DNA of 64,000 nucleotides, taken from assembly GCA_029936395.1 (NCBI GenBank), contig JAPYSW010000002.1:3950-67949 (forward strand), read 5' to 3'. This DNA comes from Candidatus Poseidoniia archaeon. GTDB taxonomy: Archaea; Thermoplasmatota; Poseidoniia; MGIII; CG-Epi1. A program made the translations under genes and the position numbers. Of this stretch, positions 8,716 through 18,149 are shown in pieces. Below the pieces are notes generated by a model. It did no database searches and had not been told where the DNA came from. It saw only the letters and a list, made by a program, of their open reading frames with translations. Within the stretch, counting starts at the first letter, position 1. Each line of letters begins with the position of its first letter.

Positions 8716-9555
8716 CTAGACTCTAGCTTCCATAGTAATCGCTTCAACAGGACAGGCAAAGGCACAGAGTGTACAGCCCGTACAGGTATCGTCAAGAATG
8801 AGTGCCTTTTTCGATTCAAATTGGGAAGTTCTAGCCTTTAAGTCCCATGAAATCATATCGATTGACGCAAAATTGCAGAAATAAACGCATTGAGTACAAC
8901 CTATACATTTTTCATTATCTACTAAGGCTATGTAATTTTTCCCTCTTGGCAATGCATCTAAAGTCATCTTCCTTAGATTTTTAAACATACTTTTTGCTTT
9001 TTCGATACCAGTTGTTGGTAATTCTTCTTTAGCTAATACATTTTTAGCAGTAGTTAGCCATTTATTTGGTTTCTTGAAAAATAAAGAGGTAGCTTCTGAA
9101 ACAACTTTTGTTTGATTTTCCACAACTGCCTCGGCAGGTTTTTCTTCTTTTTCAATAACTGTATCTGTAGTTCCAGATCCAATATCAGCAGGATCGGTAA
9201 TCAGGATCGCATCTACAGGGCATACTTCTTCGCAAGCTCTACAAACAATACAATCTGGTTCTCGAGCCCCGATTGCTTTCTTGTCAGAAGCAGGATGATT
9301 TGGAGTATCAATCCAATCAAAAACATCGACTGGACAAGCATCAACGCAAGCTCCATCGGCGACACATATATCGAAATCAACGCCAACAACACTGCCCCAA
9401 ATTCCTAGCTTATCAGTTCCTACACCACCATAGGAGTCAGCATCTTTGGCCCAAATTTGAATTGGTTCATCATCTCCATCGTGGGTTGCAACTTTTGCAT
9501 ACGTAGTCATGAAATTCTTGTCGATTTCAGCCACTAATTTTCTTCCTCCAAACAA
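8716..9555 (-). CDS. Polyferredoxin-like iron-sulfur protein (4x [4Fe-4S] motifs)
   Basis: CIVCRACEEVCP, CIGCTQCVYFC, CTGCTLCAFACP and a further C-x-C-x3-CP motif. Confidence 0.7.
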   Translation of the reverse strand: MFGGRKLVAEIDKNFMTTYAKVATHDGDDEPIQIWAKDADSYGGVGTDKLGIWGSVVGVDFDICVADGACVDACPVDVFDWIDTPNHPASDKKAIGAREPDCIVCRACEEVCPVDAILITDPADIGSGTTDTVIEKEEKPAEAVVENQTKVVSEATSLFFKKPNKWLTTAKNVLAKEELPTTGIEKAKSMFKNLRKMTLDALPRGKNYIALVDNEKCIGCTQCVYFCNFASIDMISWDLKARTSQFESKKALILDDTCTGCTLCAFACPVEAITMEARV

Positions 9556-10421
9556 GCGACCAAGAATTGCATTAAATCCATCATTTCATAATCGTGATGA
9601 TGGCCTTCATCTGGATTCATTCTTTCTTCATTTAACATACATTGCATATGCATGTAACATTTAGGACAACCTCCTAACATCAAATCAATACCAGCATCAG
9701 TTCCCTGGTCCAATCTCTTTCGACGGACAGCTTTTGTGGCATCATTACAATACATCATTGAGGAAACACCACAACACAAAGCTCGTTCTTTATTATTCTC
9801 TAATTCTACCATTGTAGCTCCGTCAACAAGTTGAATTAAATCTCTCGGGGCTTCATATTCGCCCATCATTCTTCCCAGACGGCAAGGGTCATGATATGCT
9901 ACAGTTACACCTTCAGGCGCCTTAAATTTCAATCCTCGACCCTGTAGAGTTTGTGTTATATGTTCAACTTTAATTCCTAAAGTACCTGGAAGATCATAAT
10001 CTACTGCGAAAGTACGATAACATTCTGCACATGAACAAGTTATAATTTTAATCCCAGATTCCTTTAATCGCCTCATATTATGTTCTTTAAGTGCATCAAA
10101 TACTTCCAACTGACCTTGCCATAATTGGTCATGTCCTGAACATTTGAATATATTCATGTCTAGTATTAGTGGGTCAATATCAGCATAGTTCAATAATTTA
10201 ATCGACGCTGCTGCAATCGAAGCATGATCTGCATCTCCCTTATTTAGATGAGTAAATTTAACTTCGACATCCATAAAATCTACACATCCTGGAAAATATC
10301 CATATTCATGTGGCCTTTCAGGCTTCCAAGATTCTTTTTCTTCGTTCATAGCGTCTTCTACGATAAGTCTCTCAAAAAGAGGATGCGGTATTGTTCTTGA
10401 ATATGGCTTTGTTCGATTCAT
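9534..10421 (-). CDS. HdrB/GlpC/SdhE-like protein with two CCG cysteine-rich domains
   Basis: 'ITCSCAECY' and 'LCCGVS...GGCPKCYMHMQC' are CCG-domain signatures. There is no N-terminal ferredoxin domain, so it is HdrB-type rather than HdrD-type. Confidence 0.7.
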   Translation of the reverse strand: MNRTKPYSRTIPHPLFERLIVEDAMNEEKESWKPERPHEYGYFPGCVDFMDVEVKFTHLNKGDADHASIAAASIKLLNYADIDPLILDMNIFKCSGHDQLWQGQLEVFDALKEHNMRRLKESGIKIITCSCAECYRTFAVDYDLPGTLGIKVEHITQTLQGRGLKFKAPEGVTVAYHDPCRLGRMMGEYEAPRDLIQLVDGATMVELENNKERALCCGVSSMMYCNDATKAVRRKRLDQGTDAGIDLMLGGCPKCYMHMQCMLNEERMNPDEGHHHDYEMMDLMQFLVACLEEEN

Positions 10422-11473
10422 AAGCTTACTCCCATTGTGGTTAATGCTCTCTGCTCTAATACATAATCAATATATTCGATATTTTGTGGACAAACTGCAG
10501 TACACATACCACAGGTAATACATGACCACATAGCGACACCATCGTGTTCATTTTGGAATGTATTAAATATAATATTTAGTTCATTTTCTCCTTCCATATC
10601 TCTAACTGGACAGATATCATCACAGAGCCCACATTGATAACAACGATTTAGTTTAAATTCATAAATGCGTTGCATTCTTCGGTCCGTTATTCCATCAGTA
10701 TAAAGATCGAATCTTTCTTCATCAGTTAATGGTTTTGCACCTTCCGACCTTCTTCGATCCAAGAATATATATGTAATCAATGCACAACCGATAGGCCCCC
10801 AAAGAGTTAGTTGTGATAAAACATCAGTATTGACTTGTGGATAATACATTGCAATATTGGCGTTAACTGAGAAAACAGACAGCATTATGACTAATGCAAT
10901 TCCATAAACTCCGATTGCAGCTCTTACAGGATCTTCGATAGGTCGTCTTTCGTGACCTCTATTGATAACATCTCCGTATTGAGGGTCAATTAATGCACCA
11001 ATAGCTCTGTCAAGGAAAGGAACTGCAACTACAAGTCCAATAATCATACCTTGTACCAAGGTACCCCATACTTTTGCAGTCATTAGGAAAAGATGAATAT
11101 CGTTTAATCCTAAGAATGGTATACTGGATAATGGAATTAATATTTGGATATCCCAAGCCACTTTCAAACATCCGAAAGCCCATAGTAAATACCAATCAGG
11201 TAATGGAGGTGGAAAAGCAGTACCTGCCGTTGGATCTGCAGCTTCATGTAATGGAGGTGGGATAAATGCAGACAAATAGAAGAATAAAGCAATGATATAC
11301 AAACTTAAAACAGAATCTCTAGTTACTTCATGTGGATAAAGTGGTTCTCCTTTAACCATATCAGCTTCAAGAACGGAATGCTCTTCTCTATGCTCCAATT
11401 TATTTATTGTATCAAGAGACTGTTGCTCTTCTTGATGTTCATAAATCATTTCTACAGCATCATCTTCATTCAT
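10418..11473 (-). CDS. Fusion protein: cytochrome b C-terminal domain (subunit IV / PetD-like) plus a 2x[4Fe-4S] ferredoxin domain
   Basis: 'PPPLPDWYLLWAFG' corresponds to the cytochrome b PEWY motif within about 3 TM helices. The C-terminus carries 'CYQCGLCDDICPV' and 'CITCGMCTAVCPQ'. Confidence 0.62.
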   Translation of the reverse strand: MNEDDAVEMIYEHQEEQQSLDTINKLEHREEHSVLEADMVKGEPLYPHEVTRDSVLSLYIIALFFYLSAFIPPPLHEAADPTAGTAFPPPLPDWYLLWAFGCLKVAWDIQILIPLSSIPFLGLNDIHLFLMTAKVWGTLVQGMIIGLVVAVPFLDRAIGALIDPQYGDVINRGHERRPIEDPVRAAIGVYGIALVIMLSVFSVNANIAMYYPQVNTDVLSQLTLWGPIGCALITYIFLDRRRSEGAKPLTDEERFDLYTDGITDRRMQRIYEFKLNRCYQCGLCDDICPVRDMEGENELNIIFNTFQNEHDGVAMWSCITCGMCTAVCPQNIEYIDYVLEQRALTTMGVSL

Positions 11474-12438
11474 TAATGCGGTTCAGCCTCCCCTTGTATC
11501 CAAACAAGTGCCATATGGATAATAATCAAAATAGTGCCTATTAGGGGAAGAACAAAAATATGCAACCAATACATCCTAGTTACAGTATCTCCAGTTAATT
11601 GAGTCCCTCCAAATACAATTTGAGCCATTAATGGCCCCATTGCAGGTATCGACGTTGCCATTTCTAAACCAATAGACCCAGCTGCATAACCAAGAGAATC
11701 CCATGGCAGTAGATAGCCCGTATATCCAAAGAAAATAGTAACCATCAATAGGAGAGATCCCAACATCCAATTTACTTCACGTGGATTTCGATAAGCACCA
11801 ACAAAGTAAACTCTCATCATATGAAGAAATACTGAAGCAACCATGAAGTGAGCTGACCAATGGTGGACTGCCCGAATAATGTAGCCAAATGTTACCTGCG
11901 TCATAATTAATTCCATAGATTGGTATGCACCAGAAGTAGAATGGCCATTTTCATCCAATATGAATTCTCCATCAGGGACATAATAAAATCCTAGATAAAT
12001 GCCAGTAATTGTAAGAATAATATATGCGAAAAAAGACAATCCACCTAATGAGTAAAAAGGATACCAATACCATACTGATTTTATATTGTATCTTTCAGTA
12101 TGAGATTGAGGAATAGTTCGACCCGTAGCAGGTAAAAGAGTGTAAACTACTGAATAGTATTCTCTTTTTGCTAGAGAAACGTAGCGATGTAGTGCAAATC
12201 TTTCATCAATCCATGCCCATGTATCAAATATTATTCTAGGAAGTAAGCCCGTGAAGTAAAGATAACCAACACCAAACACAGCTCCAGCCATTGATAAGAA
12301 TATTAGTGGGAATGTATATTTTCTCATTAATTCTTCTAAAATTGGAGTTTCAGCATTAACAGGTAATGCAAAAAGGGCTAAACATCCAATAACTATGGTA
12401 ATAATTTTATTAATTTTCATGTTTATCCTTGTCCACAA
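11473..12438 (-). CDS. Cytochrome b (b6-like N-terminal domain, heme-ligating His pairs)
   Basis: 'HHWSAHFMVASVFLHMMRVYF' and 'WLHIFVLPLIGTILIIIHMALV' give bis-His ligation for two hemes. Confidence 0.8.
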   Translation of the reverse strand: MWTRINMKINKIITIVIGCLALFALPVNAETPILEELMRKYTFPLIFLSMAGAVFGVGYLYFTGLLPRIIFDTWAWIDERFALHRYVSLAKREYYSVVYTLLPATGRTIPQSHTERYNIKSVWYWYPFYSLGGLSFFAYIILTITGIYLGFYYVPDGEFILDENGHSTSGAYQSMELIMTQVTFGYIIRAVHHWSAHFMVASVFLHMMRVYFVGAYRNPREVNWMLGSLLLMVTIFFGYTGYLLPWDSLGYAAGSIGLEMATSIPAMGPLMAQIVFGGTQLTGDTVTRMYWLHIFVLPLIGTILIIIHMALVWIQGEAEPH

Positions 12439-13097
12439 TACTTTAGCCAGTCTAAATGATTAGTTAGGCCGATTAATCCTCCATCTTTTTCAGCAATAGG
12501 AACTACTGGAAGCCCATAAGGTGCAGGTCCCTCTAACAATTTAGCTGCTTTAACTTCACGCCCTTGTTCATCTATGTTTGTAATAACATCTAATGGATCA
12601 AACAAAGATAAGTGACAAGGGCATAAAAACATATTTTCATAGTCCTTTCCCGATATTGTACTCTTTCCTTGAGGTGTGAAAACAGGTTTACAGCATAAAT
12701 GTGGACATTTATATGTATGATAGGCCATCATCATTGCATTACCTTCATCTACACTTATTCCTAATTCTTCCATGCCACTTTCAGCAGGTACTTTTATAAG
12801 TGCTAATTGAATTTCACAACTTCCTAATTCTTCTTCTAATTCTTTTGGAGCCCAATTAACAATAGCTACATCCCAAAGATCAAAATCTTCTTTTATTGCT
12901 ATTTTCCCACCTTTATCCTCATACCATTTTCCTTCTTCTTTTTTGTAAGTAAGTGTTTCATGGGCATCATCAGAATTACATCTAGTAATTGGCGGCGGAA
13001 GTAATGTTTTCAAAGCAGGAACCGTTAATGCACCAGTCATTCCTGCGCCAGCTAAACCAATAGCACCTTGTAAAAATCCTCTACGTGTAATCTTCAT
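12423..13097 (-). CDS. Rieske [2Fe-2S] protein with a Tat signal
   Basis: 'MKITRRGFLQGAIGLAGAG' is a twin-Arg signal. 'CPHLCC' and 'CPCHLSLF' are the Rieske boxes. Confidence 0.8.
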   Translation of the reverse strand: MKITRRGFLQGAIGLAGAGMTGALTVPALKTLLPPPITRCNSDDAHETLTYKKEEGKWYEDKGGKIAIKEDFDLWDVAIVNWAPKELEEELGSCEIQLALIKVPAESGMEELGISVDEGNAMMMAYHTYKCPHLCCKPVFTPQGKSTISGKDYENMFLCPCHLSLFDPLDVITNIDEQGREVKAAKLLEGPAPYGLPVVPIAEKDGGLIGLTNHLDWLKYCGQG

Positions 13098-13099
13098 AT

Positions 13100-13471
13100 T
13101 TAACGTTCAAGTTTTGTAATAACTTTCCTCCTTCGTTTTTTAGCTTCGAGTACATCTGGCATGAATGATCTTCTATAGAAATCAATCATAAGTCCTAGAA
13201 TTAGAAATGCCATGGCTATTGTAAATGATAAAAATTGTTGATCCCAATTTTCTAGAATTCCATAAATAAATAATGAATCATACATAAGTTCAAGTAACAA
13301 TAGTATCAAAACTATTGCAAAAATTTCAAGTTGTTCTTTACCTGGAATATTTCGCAATTCTTTTCCAAGATCCTCATCCTTATAAGTGCCTAATATTTTT
13401 TGTGCATCTTCAGTGGTAAGTTCACCTTTGGCGACTTTTTCTAAAATTTCATTAACCTCGGTAATGCGCAC
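13100..13471 (-). CDS. Small membrane protein (2 TM)
   Basis: Hydrophobic core. Overlaps the upstream gene. Confidence 0.35.
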   Translation of the reverse strand: MRITEVNEILEKVAKGELTTEDAQKILGTYKDEDLGKELRNIPGKEQLEIFAIVLILLLLELMYDSLFIYGILENWDQQFLSFTIAMAFLILGLMIDFYRRSFMPDVLEAKKRRRKVITKLER

Positions 13472-14147
13472 TCCCTCCTCTAATTACGATGTAAGCAACA
13501 AATATTGATAAGAAAACAACAGCTAGTCCAATAAGTCCAATCCAATACTGCATTAGTTCTACACCAAGTTCATGAATGGAAATTTCTTCTGATGTTAATT
13601 GAGGTGTTCCCAAAGATATTGCTGTAAAGTAGGACCATTGATCACCAGTAGTTCCTACTCCATTTACCACATTAAAATACATGGTGAAAACAGCATCACC
13701 GGTGCCTTCTGCAGGGGCAGTCCATTGGAATGTCCAATTACGAGCATTATTACTATTTGTATTATGGGAAATATACGAACCATCATCCCCAATCCAATAA
13801 TTTTCATTACTCTGGTATGCACCCTCACTAACTTCACTTAGAAATCCACCATAGCGAACGGCTCCTTCTTCAGAAATTACGTTAGTATCATTTATTTGGA
13901 GAGAAATATTGTATGTTTGTTCAGGGACGTATTTTTGAGGTATACCTTCTAGATTGTACATCCCTTCATTTAGTTGGACATCAGCGTGACAAGAACAACC
14001 ATGTGCAATAGCATCAGCAGCCCATTCTTCACCTGCTCCTTCTTGGGCACCACCTGCAGGATATCCATCAACACTTTTACCAGCTATCAGTGCTGTTAGA
14101 ATCAGCAATGCAAACAGACCGTGATTCATGGTGTTACGTATGTCCAT
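13452..14147 (-). CDS. Exported protein with a C-terminal TM anchor. First gene of the Rieske/cytochrome b operon.
   Basis: Signal peptide, 'HGCSCHAD' Cys/His cluster, 'NWTFQWTAPAEGTGDAVFTMYFNVVNG' motif shared with the 5201 ORF, and a C-terminal TM. Confidence 0.45.
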   Translation of the reverse strand: MDIRNTMNHGLFALLILTALIAGKSVDGYPAGGAQEGAGEEWAADAIAHGCSCHADVQLNEGMYNLEGIPQKYVPEQTYNISLQINDTNVISEEGAVRYGGFLSEVSEGAYQSNENYWIGDDGSYISHNTNSNNARNWTFQWTAPAEGTGDAVFTMYFNVVNGVGTTGDQWSYFTAISLGTPQLTSEEISIHELGVELMQYWIGLIGLAVVFLSIFVAYIVIRGGSAHYRG

Positions 14148-14266
14148 ACTACGCCCTCAGAATAGATGGTCTGCGAGGGAAGTCTCTGCTATATAAAAAT
14201 ATGCGGTAAGAAAGCCTTTTTTTTGTCAAGCATATCTGCTTAATACGTTACTCCATTTGATAGAAT

Positions 14267-15862
14267 ATGAAAAATCCTACATTGAGTAGTAAAAGCAGTT
14301 TGTTTTTACTTGGATTTCTCACGATTTTACTTAGGTATCCTATAACTCAGGCACCTACAGGCACTGATAGTTTTTATTATATCACAATGGCCAAATCGAT
14401 ATTATTGAATGGACAAATAGGGTGGGCTGAAAACATAACTTCACTTTATGGCCTATTTCCTGGAACGACCCCTTTAGGTTCAACACTATTGGCATCCACG
14501 ATTACTTCAGTTACTGGTATTTCTATTTATGAGTACATTTTGATTCATACTATTTCATTATCATTGATATCTACTTTTGGTTTTTTCATGTTAACTGGTG
14601 AATTGACCGAAAATTTCCGTAGTAGATGGTTTGCAACTTTATGCTTTTCATTCGCTCCAAGGTTTTTGACATTCTCAATGTGGCGTATTTCTCTTAGATT
14701 TAGTTTTATTGCTCTATTGCCATTTTTTATATGGTTACTTCTTAGGCTTTCCCATTCAAGATACGGTAGGCATCCACTTCGCATATTTTCATTATTATTA
14801 TTTTTGGTTCTCATTCTACCGTCATTACATAGAATGGCTCTATTATTTCCAGGAATATTAATTGCATTTGTCATGTCTGTTTTATGTTACCATTGGCAGG
14901 AAAGCGCTACAAATCGGGAGAGGGCCGGTAGACAAGTTTTAGGTTTTCTGTTATTTTTATCAGGGTATTTTTTCTATTTACAGTATTTAGATTTTTCACC
15001 TTATAGTCCCGATGATGAGATTATCGGTGTCTATTTTTTTAGTGGAAGTGGGATTTTTTCGGCAATATTCAATTTGATAACGTATTATATGATAAATGTA
15101 GGTCCTTTTCTTTTTATATCTATTCTCGGAATAGTATTCTGGGTTCAAGAGGGTCGTGTTTCACAGGGATATTTCTTTTCAATGGCTTATTTAGGACTAT
15201 CTTTTTTTGTTATATCTGATCTAATTTATATTCCTTATTTAGTAACATTTGGTATTTTGCTATTGATTGTACCGGGAATGGATTTCTTTATAGATAATCT
15301 TGAAGATAATCCAAATAGATTCACAGTTTTATTTTCAGTGTTTACGATTTTACTTACTTCTTTCTCTTATTACGACCTTGATTATAGAGTCAATGCTCAC
15401 GAGCGTGAAAAAGTATACTATAGTTATTATGTACGTGAAAGCAGTATTTCAGCTTCCCAATGGATGGGTGCTAATTTAGAAGATTCCATATTTGAATCCA
15501 ACGATCAAAAGAGGGAAAGAAGATTGGCAGTTTATTCTAATATGGTTGCTATCGGAGACTCTAGCCAATTATCCTCAGGGCTTATCTCTTTGGAAGATAT
15601 GGAAATTGAGCGTATTTCCGTCAAAGAAATGTATTGGAAAACTAGGGATCATTTGTGGACTTGGAATAATAGTTCAATAATGGCTTCTGATATTCAAAGT
15701 AATATTTCGTTGTCTGTTGTTAATTTAGGAATGCCTGATTCCAGTGGTCAGTCTTCTACACTTTCGATAACATCTAGTCCTTACTATGAATTTATGCCTA
15801 ATTTTACTTATAGATTATATTCTAATGATGAATTAGCATTGTATTGGAGTTACGGGTATTGA
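14267..15862 (+). CDS. Polytopic membrane protein, possibly a GT-C-fold glycosyltransferase
   Basis: At least 12 TM helices, a soluble C-terminal domain of about 150 aa, and an N-terminal loop 'TGTDSFYY'. No STT3 WWDYG motif. Confidence 0.3.
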   Translation: MKNPTLSSKSSLFLLGFLTILLRYPITQAPTGTDSFYYITMAKSILLNGQIGWAENITSLYGLFPGTTPLGSTLLASTITSVTGISIYEYILIHTISLSLISTFGFFMLTGELTENFRSRWFATLCFSFAPRFLTFSMWRISLRFSFIALLPFFIWLLLRLSHSRYGRHPLRIFSLLLFLVLILPSLHRMALLFPGILIAFVMSVLCYHWQESATNRERAGRQVLGFLLFLSGYFFYLQYLDFSPYSPDDEIIGVYFFSGSGIFSAIFNLITYYMINVGPFLFISILGIVFWVQEGRVSQGYFFSMAYLGLSFFVISDLIYIPYLVTFGILLLIVPGMDFFIDNLEDNPNRFTVLFSVFTILLTSFSYYDLDYRVNAHEREKVYYSYYVRESSISASQWMGANLEDSIFESNDQKRERRLAVYSNMVAIGDSSQLSSGLISLEDMEIERISVKEMYWKTRDHLWTWNNSSIMASDIQSNISLSVVNLGMPDSSGQSSTLSITSSPYYEFMPNFTYRLYSNDELALYWSYGY

Positions 15863-15927
15863 CAAATGCGCTAATGTTTTTATACCGGGCTGACTGGCGC
15901 CATAACCTCCATAGGAGATAAATAATA

Positions 15928-16380
15928 ATGGCGAGAATTCATACACGAGGTAAAGGACGCTCAGGTTCTAGTCCACAGACTAGACAAGAGAATCCTAAAT
16001 GGTCACCTAAAGCTAAGGATGTCGAAAAAAAGATAGTAGAATTAGCATCTGAAGGACATTCGACTTCACAAATTGGTATTGCTTTAAGGGATACTCATGC
16101 AGTACCTAGCGTAAAGTTAGCCATGGGTAAATCAATTTCTAAAGTTTTAGCAGAGAAGGAATTGTCTCCATCATTACCTGAAGATTTAACTAACCTTATG
16201 CGAAAAGCTGTTCGTTTAGGTGAGCATTTAAAAGTTAATAAAAAGGATAATCACAATACACGTTCATTACATTTAACAGAAGCTAAGATTCTTCGTTTAG
16301 CAAAATATTATCGTTCAAATAAGGTTATTCCTGCAGAATGGAAATATTCATTAAGTAATGCTAAGCTTTTGGTAGGCTAA
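15928..16380 (+). CDS. rps15: 30S ribosomal protein uS15 (archaeal S15P/S13e)
   Basis: 'MARIHTRGKGRSGS...' and 'LRLAKYYR' are characteristic. Confidence 0.9.
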   Translation: MARIHTRGKGRSGSSPQTRQENPKWSPKAKDVEKKIVELASEGHSTSQIGIALRDTHAVPSVKLAMGKSISKVLAEKELSPSLPEDLTNLMRKAVRLGEHLKVNKKDNHNTRSLHLTEAKILRLAKYYRSNKVIPAEWKYSLSNAKLLVG

Positions 16381-16397
16381 TCTCGTAGCTTGCTCAT

Positions 16398-17138
16398 ATG
16401 AGCAATTTTAATCTTCTAATAATTGATGGTTCAGCCCATCTAGTTAATTTGGATTTAGAGATTTTAGAGATAAAAGGTTTTGGACGTTTTCCAAGTCAAC
16501 CTCTACTGTCTTATGAGTCTGGCAAAGAGTTCGAACTTTTAGGTAAAAAATGTATGCTTATTGATTATGTATTGTCTGATCTTCAATCAAATCTCAAACG
16601 AGGCCCTCAAATAATCTCTCCTAAAGATATTGCTTGGATTGTATATAGGTCAGGACTTTCGACGGGTAAGACCGTAGTTGAAGCAGGAAGTGGTTCTGCA
16701 GCTTTGACACTTGCCCTTGCCCAAACGGTGGCTCCAAATGGCAAGGTAATTACGTTTGAAAATAATAATAAACATCTAAAAGTAGCTCAAAGAAACATAA
16801 AAATGAGTCCTTGGAAAAACTTAGTTGAACTTCGTAATGAAGAATTAAATGACACCACATCTTCAATATCTGCTTCTTCAATTATATTAGATCTCCCTAA
16901 TCCGTGGGAATTGGTGAACTGGGCGAAAAAATCATTACATATTGGGGGATTTCTGATATGCTATATTCCAACAGTAAATCAAATTAAAGCATTAATAGAT
17001 TCTTTGGAAGGTTGGAAAGAAATAGAAATAATAGAGATAATTCAAAGAGGCTGGCAATCACGTTCTAGTGCTTTAAGACCAGATAATAATGGAATTGGAC
17101 ATACAGGTTTCATTATCTCATCTAGATGGAATGGTTAA
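16398..17138 (+). CDS. tRNA (adenine-N1)-methyltransferase TrmI/Gcd14 family
   Basis: 'TGKTVVEAGSGSAALTLALAQTVAPNGKVITFE' SAM-binding motif with an N-terminal beta-domain. Confidence 0.7.
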   Translation: MSNFNLLIIDGSAHLVNLDLEILEIKGFGRFPSQPLLSYESGKEFELLGKKCMLIDYVLSDLQSNLKRGPQIISPKDIAWIVYRSGLSTGKTVVEAGSGSAALTLALAQTVAPNGKVITFENNNKHLKVAQRNIKMSPWKNLVELRNEELNDTTSSISASSIILDLPNPWELVNWAKKSLHIGGFLICYIPTVNQIKALIDSLEGWKEIEIIEIIQRGWQSRSSALRPDNNGIGHTGFIISSRWNG

Positions 17139-17178
17139 TCTAGACACAATAATTTAGAAGCCCATCTAATAGAGGGTA

Positions 17179-18108
17179 ATGACTGAAGTTAAAGATTTAA
17201 TTATAATCGGTTCAGGCCCAGCAGGATATACTGCGGGTTTGTATGCAGGGCGGGCGATGCTTAATCCTACTTTATTTGCAGGTTTTGCAAGCGGAGGTCA
17301 ATTAATGTTAACAAGTGATATTGAGAACTTCCCAGGATATCCTGAAGGCATTGCAGGCCCTGAGATGATGCTTGAGTTAAGAGCCCAAGCTACTCGTTTT
17401 GGTTGTGATATAATAGATAAAAATGTAGATTCAGTTGATATATCAGAGAGACCATTCAAAATAAATGTTGGAAAGGAAGTGCATTTGGCAAAATCTTTAA
17501 TCATTACAACAGGGGCTGAGGCAATCTGGTTAGATGCTATAAATGAGAATATTCATAAAGGCCGGGGAATTTCAACTTGCGCAACATGCGATGGTGCATT
17601 TTTTAGAGATAAAGAAGTAATTGTTATTGGTGGCGGCGATTCAGCTATGGAAGAAGCAACATTTTTGACACGTTTTTGTAGTAAAGTAACTATAGTACAC
17701 CGAAGAGAAGGATTGCGTTCATCTCAAATAATGACAAATAGGGCCAGAGAAAATCCCAAAATTGCTTGGAAGCTCAATTTTAGTATAAAAGAATGGTTAG
17801 GTTCCGAGGGAAATTTTGAAGGTGCACTTTTAGTAAATACCGGAACTGGTGTTGAAGAGAAGTTAGCATGTGATGGTGCCTTTATCGCAATTGGACATAA
17901 ACCAATGACTTCTTTTTTAGGTAGCCAACTTGAAACTGATGAAAGTGGTTATCTTCTTTGGAAAGAAAATACAATGACTAGTGTGCCTGGTGTATTTGCA
18001 GGTGGGGATGTGGTGGATACTCGTTATAGGCAAGCTATAACTGCAGCAAGTATGGGCTGTATGGCTGCTATAGATGTCGAGAAATGGTTAGAAGATAACC
18101 GTCATTAA
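17179..18108 (+). CDS. trxB: Thioredoxin-disulfide reductase
   Basis: 'IIIGSGPAGYTAG' FAD motif, 'CATCDG' redox-active CxxC, 'VIGGGDSAMEEA' NADPH motif. Confidence 0.9.
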   Translation: MTEVKDLIIIGSGPAGYTAGLYAGRAMLNPTLFAGFASGGQLMLTSDIENFPGYPEGIAGPEMMLELRAQATRFGCDIIDKNVDSVDISERPFKINVGKEVHLAKSLIITTGAEAIWLDAINENIHKGRGISTCATCDGAFFRDKEVIVIGGGDSAMEEATFLTRFCSKVTIVHRREGLRSSQIMTNRARENPKIAWKLNFSIKEWLGSEGNFEGALLVNTGTGVEEKLACDGAFIAIGHKPMTSFLGSQLETDESGYLLWKENTMTSVPGVFAGGDVVDTRYRQAITAASMGCMAAIDVEKWLEDNRH

Positions 18109-18149
18109 TATGACATAATACTTTTTGAACCCCTACTAGATAAGCTCAT

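Noticed and set aside
13452-14147. Possible c-type heme site in the exported protein ('GCSCH')
   Set aside because: The motif is CxCH, not CxxCH, so it is not a canonical heme c attachment site. It is kept only as a possible metal site.
14267-15862. Oligosaccharyltransferase AglB/STT3
   Set aside because: No WWDYG or DK-type motifs, and the protein is too short. It is downgraded to a generic GT-C candidate.
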